Shown piece by piece: positions 1-8,276 of a stretch of 64,000 bases of DNA; positions within the stretch are counted from its first letter, which is position 1, and every line of letters begins with the position of its first letter. Location: the NCBI GenBank assembly GCA_017858055.1, contig JAFMCA010000007.1, forward strand, positions 3,082 to 67,081, given 5' to 3'. Origin of the DNA: Flavobacteriaceae bacterium. GTDB taxonomy: Bacteria > Bacteroidota > Bacteroidia > Flavobacteriales > Flavobacteriaceae. The notes beneath the pieces are model-generated. The model ran no database searches. It saw only the letters and a list, made by a program, of their open reading frames with translations, and was not told the DNA's origin. Position numbers and translations under genes: made by a program.

Positions 1-212
1 ATCAGTTGAGAAATTTTCAACCCCCTGTAAGCGGTGAAGCTATAATGAAATATTTTGGGCTTACTCCCTGCAGGCAAATTGGTGTTATCAAAGAAGCCAT
101 CAAGGAAGCTATTTTAGAAGGCGAAATTCCAAACGATTTTGAAGCTGCCTATGAACGCATGAAACTGGAAGGAAAAAAACTTGACCTCATCCCCAATGAA
201 AAAACTATATAA
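1..212 (+). CDS. C-terminal end of a CCA tRNA nucleotidyltransferase / HD-domain poly(A) polymerase-family protein (5' part outside window)
   Basis: The open frame enters from the window edge (codon phase of nt 3). The tail PPVSGEAIMKYFGLTPCRQIGVIKEAIKEAILEGEIPNDFEAAYERM resembles, from memory, the C-terminal tail of Bacteroidota CCA-adding enzymes. Stop TAA is at 210-212. Confidence 0.5.
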   Translation, partial: QLRNFQPPVSGEAIMKYFGLTPCRQIGVIKEAIKEAILEGEIPNDFEAAYERMKLEGKKLDLIPNEKTI

Positions 213-1212
213 ACCTTTTCTAATTACCAGTCTGGTCTTGGTGTATCTTGTAATCGCAGCAGGATCCGTGGTTCGTATGACTGGAAGTGGAATGGGATGC
301 CCCGATTGGCCAAAATGTTTTGGGTATTTCATCCCCCCTACAGAACGAGCACAACTGGACTGGAAACCCAACCATTTCTATAAGAATGGTCAGGTGATAA
401 TAGTAGATGAAAGTTTGAGAGTTGCTGCTACCGATTTTGTTTCCTCCCTGAACTACGAGGAATCGAATTGGAAACCGTATACCAAACACGATTACGCTAT
501 TTTTAATCCAACCCATACTTGGATAGAATTTATTAATCGTTTGCTTGGAGCTCTAGCGGGTCTCGCTACTTTGATCTTGCTGATTACTGCCTTCGGAAAG
601 TTAAAAACGGATCCAATTGCTCCCATCGGTTCTGCATTTGTTGTTCTTGGCATGGGCTTTCAAGGGTGGTTAGGAAAAACTGTAGTAGATTCCAACTTGT
701 TGCCCTTCAAGATTACCATTCATATGGGGATGGCACTGCTTATCGTCTTAGTATTAATTTATCTATTGAGTAGAGAACAAAAAACGGAAGCTCAGTACAA
801 CTACATCACTCGTTTTCAGGGTCTCGCTGTAATTGCGATTATCCTCAGTCTTATTCAGATTGGTATGGGAACTCAAGTAAGACAATATGTCGATGGCCAA
901 ATGCACCAATACAATTTAACTCAAGCGTCCCAATGGCTTTTAAATCCGCCTTCGTTATTTTATTTTCACAGGAGCTTTTCGATTCTCGTTCTTTTAGTAC
1001 ATGCCTATTGGGGTTATTTATTTATTAAAACTAACCACATTCCTTCTGTGTTTAAAGGAATAGTGATCTTAGTAGGTCTCGAAATACTTACTGGAATCTG
1101 GATGGCCTATTTCGATTTCCCCTTTTCTTCTCAACCCCTACATCTTGTTTTAGCCTCACTTCTTTTTGGTGCTCAAAGTTTTTTATTATTTATCATTAAA
1201 GGAAAATCATGA
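196..1212 (+). CDS. ctaA: Heme A synthase, COX15/CtaA family
   Basis: Contains the motif GSGMGCPDWPKCFG near the N-terminus, about 8 hydrophobic helices, and conserved His in TM segments (IHMGMA, FHRSFS, VHAYW). ATG at 196 (MKKLYKPF...) is preferred over the TTG at 181 used by the ORF track. Confidence 0.75.
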   Translation: MKKLYKPFLITSLVLVYLVIAAGSVVRMTGSGMGCPDWPKCFGYFIPPTERAQLDWKPNHFYKNGQVIIVDESLRVAATDFVSSLNYEESNWKPYTKHDYAIFNPTHTWIEFINRLLGALAGLATLILLITAFGKLKTDPIAPIGSAFVVLGMGFQGWLGKTVVDSNLLPFKITIHMGMALLIVLVLIYLLSREQKTEAQYNYITRFQGLAVIAIILSLIQIGMGTQVRQYVDGQMHQYNLTQASQWLLNPPSLFYFHRSFSILVLLVHAYWGYLFIKTNHIPSVFKGIVILVGLEILTGIWMAYFDFPFSSQPLHLVLASLLFGAQSFLLFIIKGKS

Positions 1213-1733
1213 TTTACAGGTTTAGAATTATTTTAGATGTTAAAGAAGATGTCTTAAGGGATATTGAAATTGAAGATACCGCTACATTTGAGGATCTTCA
1301 CCACGCGATCACTCAAGCTTTTGGCTTTTTAGGAAATGAAATGGCCTCTTTTTACCTTTCGGACAAAGAATGGGTACAAGGGGAAGAACTTCCTCTAGAA
1401 ACCATGGAGGCTTCCCAAGAAAATTATAGAGATCAGAAATTGAATTCGATAATTTCGACCCATCAACACCATCTGATTTATGTGTATGACTTTTTAAATC
1501 TTTGGACCTTTTTTGTAGAATTGATGGAAGTTGGAGAAAACATTACAGGCATCACCTATCCAAACCTAATTCATGCACAAGGAGAAGTTCCTGAAGAAGC
1601 TCCTGAAAAAATGTTTGAAAGTGATGAAGTTACTTTTGAGGAAGAGGATAACTTTGATTTTGAAGAAGACGATGATTTTAATTTTGAAGAAGGCGATGAT
1701 GAGGAAGAGTACAACGACAGCGACTTCTACTAA
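1209..1733 (+). CDS. PRiA4b ORF-3 / MM3350-like family protein with poly-acidic C-terminal tail
   Basis: The N-terminus IYRFRIILDVKEDVLRDIEIEDTATFEDLHHAITQAFGF and the later LIYVYDFLNLWTFFVELMEV match my recollection of the PRiA4b ORF-3-like family. The tail is FEEEDNFDFEEDDDFNFEEGDDEEEYNDSDFY. An ATGA overlap (1209-1212) couples it to the ctaA stop. Confidence 0.55.
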   Translation: MIYRFRIILDVKEDVLRDIEIEDTATFEDLHHAITQAFGFLGNEMASFYLSDKEWVQGEELPLETMEASQENYRDQKLNSIISTHQHHLIYVYDFLNLWTFFVELMEVGENITGITYPNLIHAQGEVPEEAPEKMFESDEVTFEEEDNFDFEEDDDFNFEEGDDEEEYNDSDFY

Positions 1734-2791
1734 AACAAATTGTGCATGTCCACTTTTTCATAGTGGTTTCGAACAAATCTCATTGAAGCATGCATGATAT
1801 CTCCCATGGATTTACTTTCCATAAAGTCCTTGTCTTTCGTAAACTTAGAGATCTCCCCTTTCAAGCGTTCCAAATTTGCCGAAGTGGTTAATATCTCTGT
1901 CTGCATGATTTCGATTAACTTTTTTAGACGATTCCCAGAGCTAATGATCCTTCTAGAAACTATGGAACGCTCCTCAACCTTATATTGATTGATTGAATCG
2001 TGATTCAGTTTACTTCGAACTAAATCCATTAATGCTTTATTCTCTTTAAAAAATTGAGGACGATACACACTCAGTTTACCCTCAAAAGACTGTTGATCAA
2101 AATCGATCGGTCGAATTTTATAGACCACCTGATCAAAATCGTGTGTGGGAACTACCACATAATTATAAGCACGCATATCTCCTAATAGTCGAATCATACT
2201 GCGCTCATTAAATTTGACAAATTCTTTTGCAATTTGTGCCTTTTCACCATCGGTACATTGAGGCAAAAAATCTTTGATAAAAAGATCGCCGGGGATTCCG
2301 GCAATATGCTCCTCGATCAAGGTACTGTCATTGACCAGAAAATTCAAATTATAAGGAGAAAGCATATGCTCTAACTCCAACCCATAAACTCTGGAGGCAT
2401 CTGTTTTTTTGATGTAGTAGTAAGTGAAATTATCATTCAGAATATTTCGAATCTTAATTCGAAAGGGTTTGGAATTACCAAAAGTGCAGTAGTCGATCGC
2501 ATCGACGTTTAGATAGGAAATCCCTGATTCATTTCCGTCGGAATGTAAGAGGGTGTATATTTTTTTTAGGTTGTAATCTATTTCCCGCCGCTCGGTATCG
2601 GTATAGTAAACTCGAACCCAAAGGGAATCTTGATCATTTTTATCATAAACGGCAATTGAGCCAGAGAATCGCAGTAAATCCTCATAAAAAATAGGGGTCA
2701 GTATCCAACGGTCGTAAGCTTTAAGAAAGCGAGTTAAAGCTTCTGAAATTGGATAAAACGGTTTTTTTTGGGAAATTAATTTTTCTTCCAT
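1730..2791 (-). CDS. Conserved hypothetical protein, possible atypical (RIO/Kdo-like) protein-kinase fold
   Basis: A 353-aa intact ORF. Ordered kinase-like motifs are present: FTYYYIKK (beta3 Lys), GLELEHML (helix C Glu), LIEEHIAGIPG (hinge), LLGDMRAYNYVV (D-x4-N catalytic loop) and IRPIDFDQ (DFG-equivalent). The C-terminal about 90 aa are helical and charged. The function call is inference only. Confidence 0.5.
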   Translation of the reverse strand: MEEKLISQKKPFYPISEALTRFLKAYDRWILTPIFYEDLLRFSGSIAVYDKNDQDSLWVRVYYTDTERREIDYNLKKIYTLLHSDGNESGISYLNVDAIDYCTFGNSKPFRIKIRNILNDNFTYYYIKKTDASRVYGLELEHMLSPYNLNFLVNDSTLIEEHIAGIPGDLFIKDFLPQCTDGEKAQIAKEFVKFNERSMIRLLGDMRAYNYVVVPTHDFDQVVYKIRPIDFDQQSFEGKLSVYRPQFFKENKALMDLVRSKLNHDSINQYKVEERSIVSRRIISSGNRLKKLIEIMQTEILTTSANLERLKGEISKFTKDKDFMESKSMGDIMHASMRFVRNHYEKVDMHNLF

Positions 2792-2867
2792 GCCCTTATT
2801 TCTTCAAATGTACTATCTTTTTTGTAACAAAACTGGACATCAATCGTTATACAGTTAACGTTATCCA

Positions 2868-3764
2868 ATGGAAAAGACCCTACTTCAACTCGATCAATTA
2901 AGTAAACATTACGGAAAACTTAAAGCGGTAGACCAACTTTCGATCTCCATAAAAAAAGGAAACATCTACGGGCTTTTAGGCCCAAATGGAAGTGGTAAAT
3001 CAACTACTTTGGGGATGATCCTTAACGTAATCAATCCGACCAGCGGAAGCTTCCAATGGTATGAAGGTACACATACTACCCATCAGGCTTTAAAAAAAAT
3101 CGGGGCTATCATCGAACGACCAAATTTCTATCCGTACATGACCGCCCTACAAAACCTCACTCTAATCTGTAAAATCAAACAGTGCTCCACTGAGAATATC
3201 CAAGAAAAGTTGGAATTGGTTGGGCTATGGGATAGAAGGCACAGTAAATTCAAAACCTATTCTCTAGGGATGAAACAACGGCTTGCCATAGCAGCAGCAT
3301 TGGTGAACAATCCCGAGCTACTCATCTTAGATGAACCTACCAACGGACTCGATCCCGAAGGAATTCATCAAATCCGAAAATTGATCTTTAAAATTGCTGA
3401 GGGTGGAACTACAATATTATTAGCCTCTCATCTTTTGGATGAAGTTGAAAAGGTATGCAATCAAGTAATCGTTCTAAAAAATGGAGTGAAATTTTATCAA
3501 GGACCGGTGGATGCCATAAGTCAAACTTTTGGCTTTTTCGAATTGTCGTCCAAGAATCTATTAAAACTTAAAGCATTTTTAAAAGACATTCCACAAATTC
3601 AATCCATTAGAGAAGAAAAAGGAAGCTTAATCGTTTCCCTCAATGCTGAAATGGAGGCTGAAGAACTCTCTCTGAAATTAGCTGCCGCAAATATATTTGT
3701 GACTCACATGGTCAAGAAAATGCCTTCTCTAGAAGATCAGTTTTTAACCTTAACTCAATCCTAA
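2868..3764 (+). CDS. ABC transporter ATP-binding protein
   Basis: Has Walker A GPNGSGKST, signature-like YSLGMKQRL, Walker B LLILDEPTNGLD and H-loop LASHLL. Confidence 0.9.
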   Translation: MEKTLLQLDQLSKHYGKLKAVDQLSISIKKGNIYGLLGPNGSGKSTTLGMILNVINPTSGSFQWYEGTHTTHQALKKIGAIIERPNFYPYMTALQNLTLICKIKQCSTENIQEKLELVGLWDRRHSKFKTYSLGMKQRLAIAAALVNNPELLILDEPTNGLDPEGIHQIRKLIFKIAEGGTTILLASHLLDEVEKVCNQVIVLKNGVKFYQGPVDAISQTFGFFELSSKNLLKLKAFLKDIPQIQSIREEKGSLIVSLNAEMEAEELSLKLAAANIFVTHMVKKMPSLEDQFLTLTQS

Positions 3765-3766
3765 AG

Positions 3767-4606
3767 ATGCGACTTTTAAGTATTGAATTGTATAAAATTT
3801 GGCATAACAGAACCTCGAGATTTTTGATCTTAAGCTACTTCATTCTCATTTTTAGTATTTCGATTTTAAGTACCATCAACGTAGAAATTGGACCTATAAA
3901 ATTTAATTTGGCCGAACAAGGAATTTTCAATTTTCCCTATATCTGGCACTTCAATACTTTTATGATTGCTTTATTAAAAATCTTTTTTGCAATCATCATT
4001 GTAGCAATGGTAGGAAATGAATACAGCTACAATACCCTGAAACAGAATTTAATCGACGGTTTGAGCAAGGCTGATTTTTTAAAAACTAAACTTTACGCTA
4101 TACTGGCCTTCGTCCTCACTTCTACCTTACTTGTTTTTGTTGTAAGTCTTATTCTTGGTGGGATATACTCAGATTACAACGAATTTCCAATTATCTTTTC
4201 CGACTTGGAATACCTCTTCGCTTATGCAGTAAAGTTATTTGGATTTTTCACTTTTTGTCTGTTTCTATCCATCTTGATCAAACGCTCTGCTTTTGCACTC
4301 GGACTTCTCGCCTTGTGGCAGGTTGCTGAGGGTATTGCCTACGGTTTGATGAAGTGGAAATTATCTGACTTTATTCCTCAGCTCAGCGCAGAACAAGTCA
4401 TTGTCTATTTTCCGCTGAATGCCCTGAGCAACCTCATTAAAGAACCGTTCACTAGACTCTCTGCTATTCAAAATATTGCCGATCAAATTGGAGAAGGCTT
4501 TACCAAAGACTACGGAATTTCTGTTTTCAACCTGACCATTGTATTACTATGGTCCGCACTTTTTATTTGGGGCTCTTATGGTTTATTAAAGCGTCGGGAT
4601 TTATAG
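3767..4606 (+). CDS. ABC-2 type transporter permease
   Basis: It starts 3 nt after the ATPase stop and has about 6 hydrophobic helices with a large first loop. The assignment rests on context and topology. Confidence 0.7.
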   Translation: MRLLSIELYKIWHNRTSRFLILSYFILIFSISILSTINVEIGPIKFNLAEQGIFNFPYIWHFNTFMIALLKIFFAIIIVAMVGNEYSYNTLKQNLIDGLSKADFLKTKLYAILAFVLTSTLLVFVVSLILGGIYSDYNEFPIIFSDLEYLFAYAVKLFGFFTFCLFLSILIKRSAFALGLLALWQVAEGIAYGLMKWKLSDFIPQLSAEQVIVYFPLNALSNLIKEPFTRLSAIQNIADQIGEGFTKDYGISVFNLTIVLLWSALFIWGSYGLLKRRDL

Positions 4607-4648
4607 TATTCTCTTAGCTAACTGGACTGATCTCCTTTGTATATTTTG

Positions 4649-4656
4649 TAGTTTTG
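4649..4656 (+). promoter_or_regulatory. Candidate Bacteroidota -7 promoter box (TAgtTTTG) upstream of uvrB
   Basis: Exact match to TAnnTTTG lying 18 nt upstream of the uvrB ATG. No well-spaced -33 TTTG is seen; the TTTG at 4636-4639 is too close. Confidence 0.3.
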
Positions 4657-4673
4657 TCTTTTTAAGAAAAGCC

Positions 4674-6668
4674 ATGCAATTTCAACTTGTTTCTGATTTT
4701 AAACCCACTGGGGACCAGCCTCAAGCAATTCAAGAAATTGTATCTCAATTTGAGAACAACCATCCTTATGTTACCCTTCAGGGGGTAACGGGTTCTGGAA
4801 AAACATTTACCATGGCAAATGCAGTTGAAAAACTACAACGCCCTACCCTTGTTTTGGCTCATAACAAAACTTTGGCTGCTCAATTGTATTCCGAATTCAA
4901 ACAGTTTTTCCCCAACAATGCGATTGAATATTTTGTTTCCTACTACGACTATTACCAACCGGAGGCCTATATCCCTACTACAGGAACATATATTGAAAAA
5001 GATTTGTCTATAAATGATGAAATCGAAAAACTTCGCTTGAGTACCACTTCTGCACTGCTCTCTGGAAGAAGAGATGTCCTGGTTGTAGCCTCCGTTTCCT
5101 GTTTATACGGGATCGGAAACCCTGCTGAATTTGAAAAAAATGTGATTGCCTTAGAGCGAGATCAACAAATTTCTCGAACAAAACTAATGCACCGACTAGT
5201 CCAAAGTCTGTATTCCAGAACAACAGCCGAATTTAGTCGTGGGAATTTCAGAGTATTAGGGGATGTAATTGATATCTTCCCAGGTTATGCTGACAATGCT
5301 TTTAAAATTCATTTTTTTGGTGATGAAATAGAACGCATAGAATCATTTGATCCGATTGATAATACAAGACTCGAGGACTTTAATCAAATCAACCTCTATC
5401 CTGCCAATATCTTTGTTACCTCACCCGACGTAATGCAAAATGCCATTCATCAGATTCAAGAAGACATGGTCAAACAAGTGGACTATTTCAAAGAAATTGG
5501 GAAACATTTGGAAGCCAAACGCTTGCAAGAACGAACCGAGTTTGATTTGGAAATGATCCGCGAATTAGGCTATTGCTCAGGAATTGAAAACTATTCTCGA
5601 TATCTTGACGGTCGTGCTCCTGGAACACGCCCTTTTTGTCTCTTGGATTATTTTCCAAAAGATTTTCTGATGATTGTAGATGAAAGTCATGTCACCATTT
5701 CTCAAGTTCATGCCATGTATGGCGGTGACCGAAGTCGTAAAGAGAACTTGGTTGAATACGGTTTTCGTTTGCCCGCTGCCATGGACAACAGACCCTTAAA
5801 ATTTGAAGAATTCGAAGCCCTTCAAAATCAGGTGTTGTATGTGAGTGCGACTCCTGCAGACTATGAACTCGAAAAAACAGAAGGTATTTTTGTAGAACAA
5901 ATCATCCGACCTACAGGCCTATTGGATCCAGTCATTGAGGTGCGTCCAAGTCTAAATCAAATTGACGATTTGATGGAAGAAATCCAAAAACGCACCGAGC
6001 AGGACGAACGTACCTTGGTGACTACCCTTACCAAACGAATGGCAGAAGAACTTACCCAGTATTTGAGTCGAGCTCAAATCCGTTGTCGCTACATTCATAG
6101 TGATGTCGACACCCTTGAACGGGTAGAAATCATGCAGGATTTAAGAAAAGGATTGTTTGATGTTTTGATCGGTGTCAACTTGCTCAGAGAAGGTTTGGAC
6201 TTACCTGAAGTCTCCTTAGTAGCCATTTTGGATGCAGACAAAGAAGGCTTTTTAAGATCCAATCGTTCGTTAACTCAAACCGTTGGACGAGCAGCAAGAA
6301 ATATCAATGGAAAAGCGATAATGTATGCCGATACCATTACCAAAAGCATGCAAAAAACGATAGATCAAACACTGTATCGACGAGAAAAACAAACCAATTA
6401 TAACCTCGCACACAACCTCACTCCAACTCCCTTAAATAAATCACTTAACAATGCGCTGGCAAAGAATTCAGTTGCAACCCATGCGCAAGAATTGGAAGCC
6501 CGAAAAGTTGCAGAGGAAAAAAATCGTTACCTGACAAAACCTCAAATCGAGAAAAAAATAAGAACAATGCGAAAAGAGATGGAGCAAGCTGCTAAGTCTC
6601 TTGACTTCATCGAAGCTGCAAAATTTAGAGATGAAATCAAAAATCTTCAAGAGCAGTTGTCCAACTAA
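4674..6668 (+). CDS. uvrB: Excinuclease ABC subunit B
   Basis: Has Walker A GVTGSGKTF, DEAD/DESH box IVDESHVT, helicase motifs (LVTTLTKRMAEELT, GRAARN) and a C-terminal UVR domain (FIEAAKFRDEIKNLQ). Confidence 0.97.
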   Translation: MQFQLVSDFKPTGDQPQAIQEIVSQFENNHPYVTLQGVTGSGKTFTMANAVEKLQRPTLVLAHNKTLAAQLYSEFKQFFPNNAIEYFVSYYDYYQPEAYIPTTGTYIEKDLSINDEIEKLRLSTTSALLSGRRDVLVVASVSCLYGIGNPAEFEKNVIALERDQQISRTKLMHRLVQSLYSRTTAEFSRGNFRVLGDVIDIFPGYADNAFKIHFFGDEIERIESFDPIDNTRLEDFNQINLYPANIFVTSPDVMQNAIHQIQEDMVKQVDYFKEIGKHLEAKRLQERTEFDLEMIRELGYCSGIENYSRYLDGRAPGTRPFCLLDYFPKDFLMIVDESHVTISQVHAMYGGDRSRKENLVEYGFRLPAAMDNRPLKFEEFEALQNQVLYVSATPADYELEKTEGIFVEQIIRPTGLLDPVIEVRPSLNQIDDLMEEIQKRTEQDERTLVTTLTKRMAEELTQYLSRAQIRCRYIHSDVDTLERVEIMQDLRKGLFDVLIGVNLLREGLDLPEVSLVAILDADKEGFLRSNRSLTQTVGRAARNINGKAIMYADTITKSMQKTIDQTLYRREKQTNYNLAHNLTPTPLNKSLNNALAKNSVATHAQELEARKVAEEKNRYLTKPQIEKKIRTMRKEMEQAAKSLDFIEAAKFRDEIKNLQEQLSN

Positions 6669-6743
6669 CTTTAGGGGACGTTAAAAAAAGATTAAACCTA
6701 ATCACATTAATGATAGGGTTCATATTAAAACTAATTTTGAGCA

Positions 6744-8237
6744 ATGATATATCGCTCCATTTTTTTATTCTTCTTTCTGCTTGTTCAAAGTTATGGTTTT
6801 GCTCAGGAACTCAACGCTCGAGTATTGGACAGTCTCACTCAAAATCCAATTCCCTTTGCGAGTATCTATATGAAAACGGGAAATGGTGTGGTTTCCAATG
6901 AAGAAGGCACCTTTGGAATGCGCTTTGCTAGCCCCGAAATTGCTGAAGACACGCTATTTATCTCTTGTATGGGTTACGAAACATTAAAACTGTATATCCC
7001 AGCAATCCAAGACAGTATTTTTTATCTCTCCCCAAAAGCCATTGCATTGAATTCAGTTGTTCTAAGTAATAAAGAGATTGAGGTCAGTCAACTTTTAAAA
7101 GAAATTCAAAAGGATATTCCTAAAAAATATGAATTGGGGCACACCCAAAAGAAATTGTTTTTTAGAGAATTTGGTACTCAAGAGTTTAAAAAAATGGATC
7201 TTAAAGTAAAAAAGACCTCGATTAAAGAATTTAATCAAGATTTTTGGGATGAAACCCTTCAAAACCTGCCCAAAAAAAACGAATGGTATAGCGAATTTGT
7301 TGGAACACTTTACGGCAATTTCGATAAGGAAAAGCAAAAACTCAAATTGGAGAAAGCCGTCGATATTGAAGACAAAAATACAACTGCCATTTTTAAAAAT
7401 ATGGAACGTCTTATTGATACCGTTCTTCAAGAGAACATAAAAGAAGACTCCTATTTTAAAATTCGCTCGGGGATCCTCGGAGGAAAAATTGATTCGGAAA
7501 ATCTCTCATTTTCCCAAAAGGACACCTTGAGTAAAGAAGAAAAGGAGGTTAAAAAAAAGAGTGATTTTCTTTCTTTAAAAAAGAGAATTTTATCGAATCT
7601 TATTCAAAATCTCTTCAAAGATGAGGAGTTAAATTTTAACATTCTCAACAAAACTTCCAAATACCATTTTGAACTTGTGGACTATACCTACAGAGGAGAA
7701 ACAGCAGTATATGTTCTCGAGTTTGAACCCAAATCCAACGAGGATTTTAAAGGAAAATTTTATATCGATGCCGATCGAATGGCACTGATACGGTTAGAGT
7801 ATAAAAACTATAGGAATATTCGTGATTTTAGCATGTTTGGAGTTTCATTTCAAGAAAACCTCAAAGAGGTAATTATTCAATTTAAAAAAACAGTTCATGA
7901 AAAATATGCCATTGAATACCTTGAATATAGTCACGGGTATAATGGAGGGTTTGATAGACCCTTAGTCCTTACCGAAAAAAATAAAGTCGTAAAAGGGAGA
8001 AACAAACAAAACCAACTCAAATTGGATTTGAATGCTCAAAACAGTCAATTTATTAAATACCAAATCGTTGTTTTCGAAACCCTTCCAATTACTGAGGATG
8101 AATTCAATTCAATAAAAGAAATCCCTAGCGTACTCCCCACCCTCCTCTCCGAATACGATTCAACTTTTTGGGAAGGATACTCCATAATTGAGCCCGATGC
8201 CACATTAAAGGAATTTAAAATTATTCCACAGAATTAA
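6744..8237 (+). CDS. Exported CarboxypepD_reg-like domain protein, function unknown
   Basis: Has a signal peptide (FLLVQSYGFAQE) and an N-terminal beta-sandwich motif ARVLDSLTQNPIPFASIYMKTGNGVVSNEEGTF. The remaining about 400 aa are K/E-rich with no motif I recognise. Confidence 0.6.
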   Translation: MIYRSIFLFFFLLVQSYGFAQELNARVLDSLTQNPIPFASIYMKTGNGVVSNEEGTFGMRFASPEIAEDTLFISCMGYETLKLYIPAIQDSIFYLSPKAIALNSVVLSNKEIEVSQLLKEIQKDIPKKYELGHTQKKLFFREFGTQEFKKMDLKVKKTSIKEFNQDFWDETLQNLPKKNEWYSEFVGTLYGNFDKEKQKLKLEKAVDIEDKNTTAIFKNMERLIDTVLQENIKEDSYFKIRSGILGGKIDSENLSFSQKDTLSKEEKEVKKKSDFLSLKKRILSNLIQNLFKDEELNFNILNKTSKYHFELVDYTYRGETAVYVLEFEPKSNEDFKGKFYIDADRMALIRLEYKNYRNIRDFSMFGVSFQENLKEVIIQFKKTVHEKYAIEYLEYSHGYNGGFDRPLVLTEKNKVVKGRNKQNQLKLDLNAQNSQFIKYQIVVFETLPITEDEFNSIKEIPSVLPTLLSEYDSTFWEGYSIIEPDATLKEFKIIPQN

Positions 8238-8276
8238 ATTCCCATTTTATTGCTTATTTTTAGAAAAACTGTCTGA

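Noticed and set aside
1209-1733. Mobile-element remnant, since the PRiA4b ORF-3 family is often labelled an IS1096 passenger.
   Set aside because: There is no transposase, integrase, inverted repeat or target duplication nearby. The gene is embedded by overlapping start and stop codons between core genes.
6695-6720. A possible terminator hairpin after uvrB (AACCTAATCA-cattaa-TGATAGGGTT).
   Set aside because: The stem has one mismatch and one G-U pair and is not followed by a T-run. It is too weak to call.
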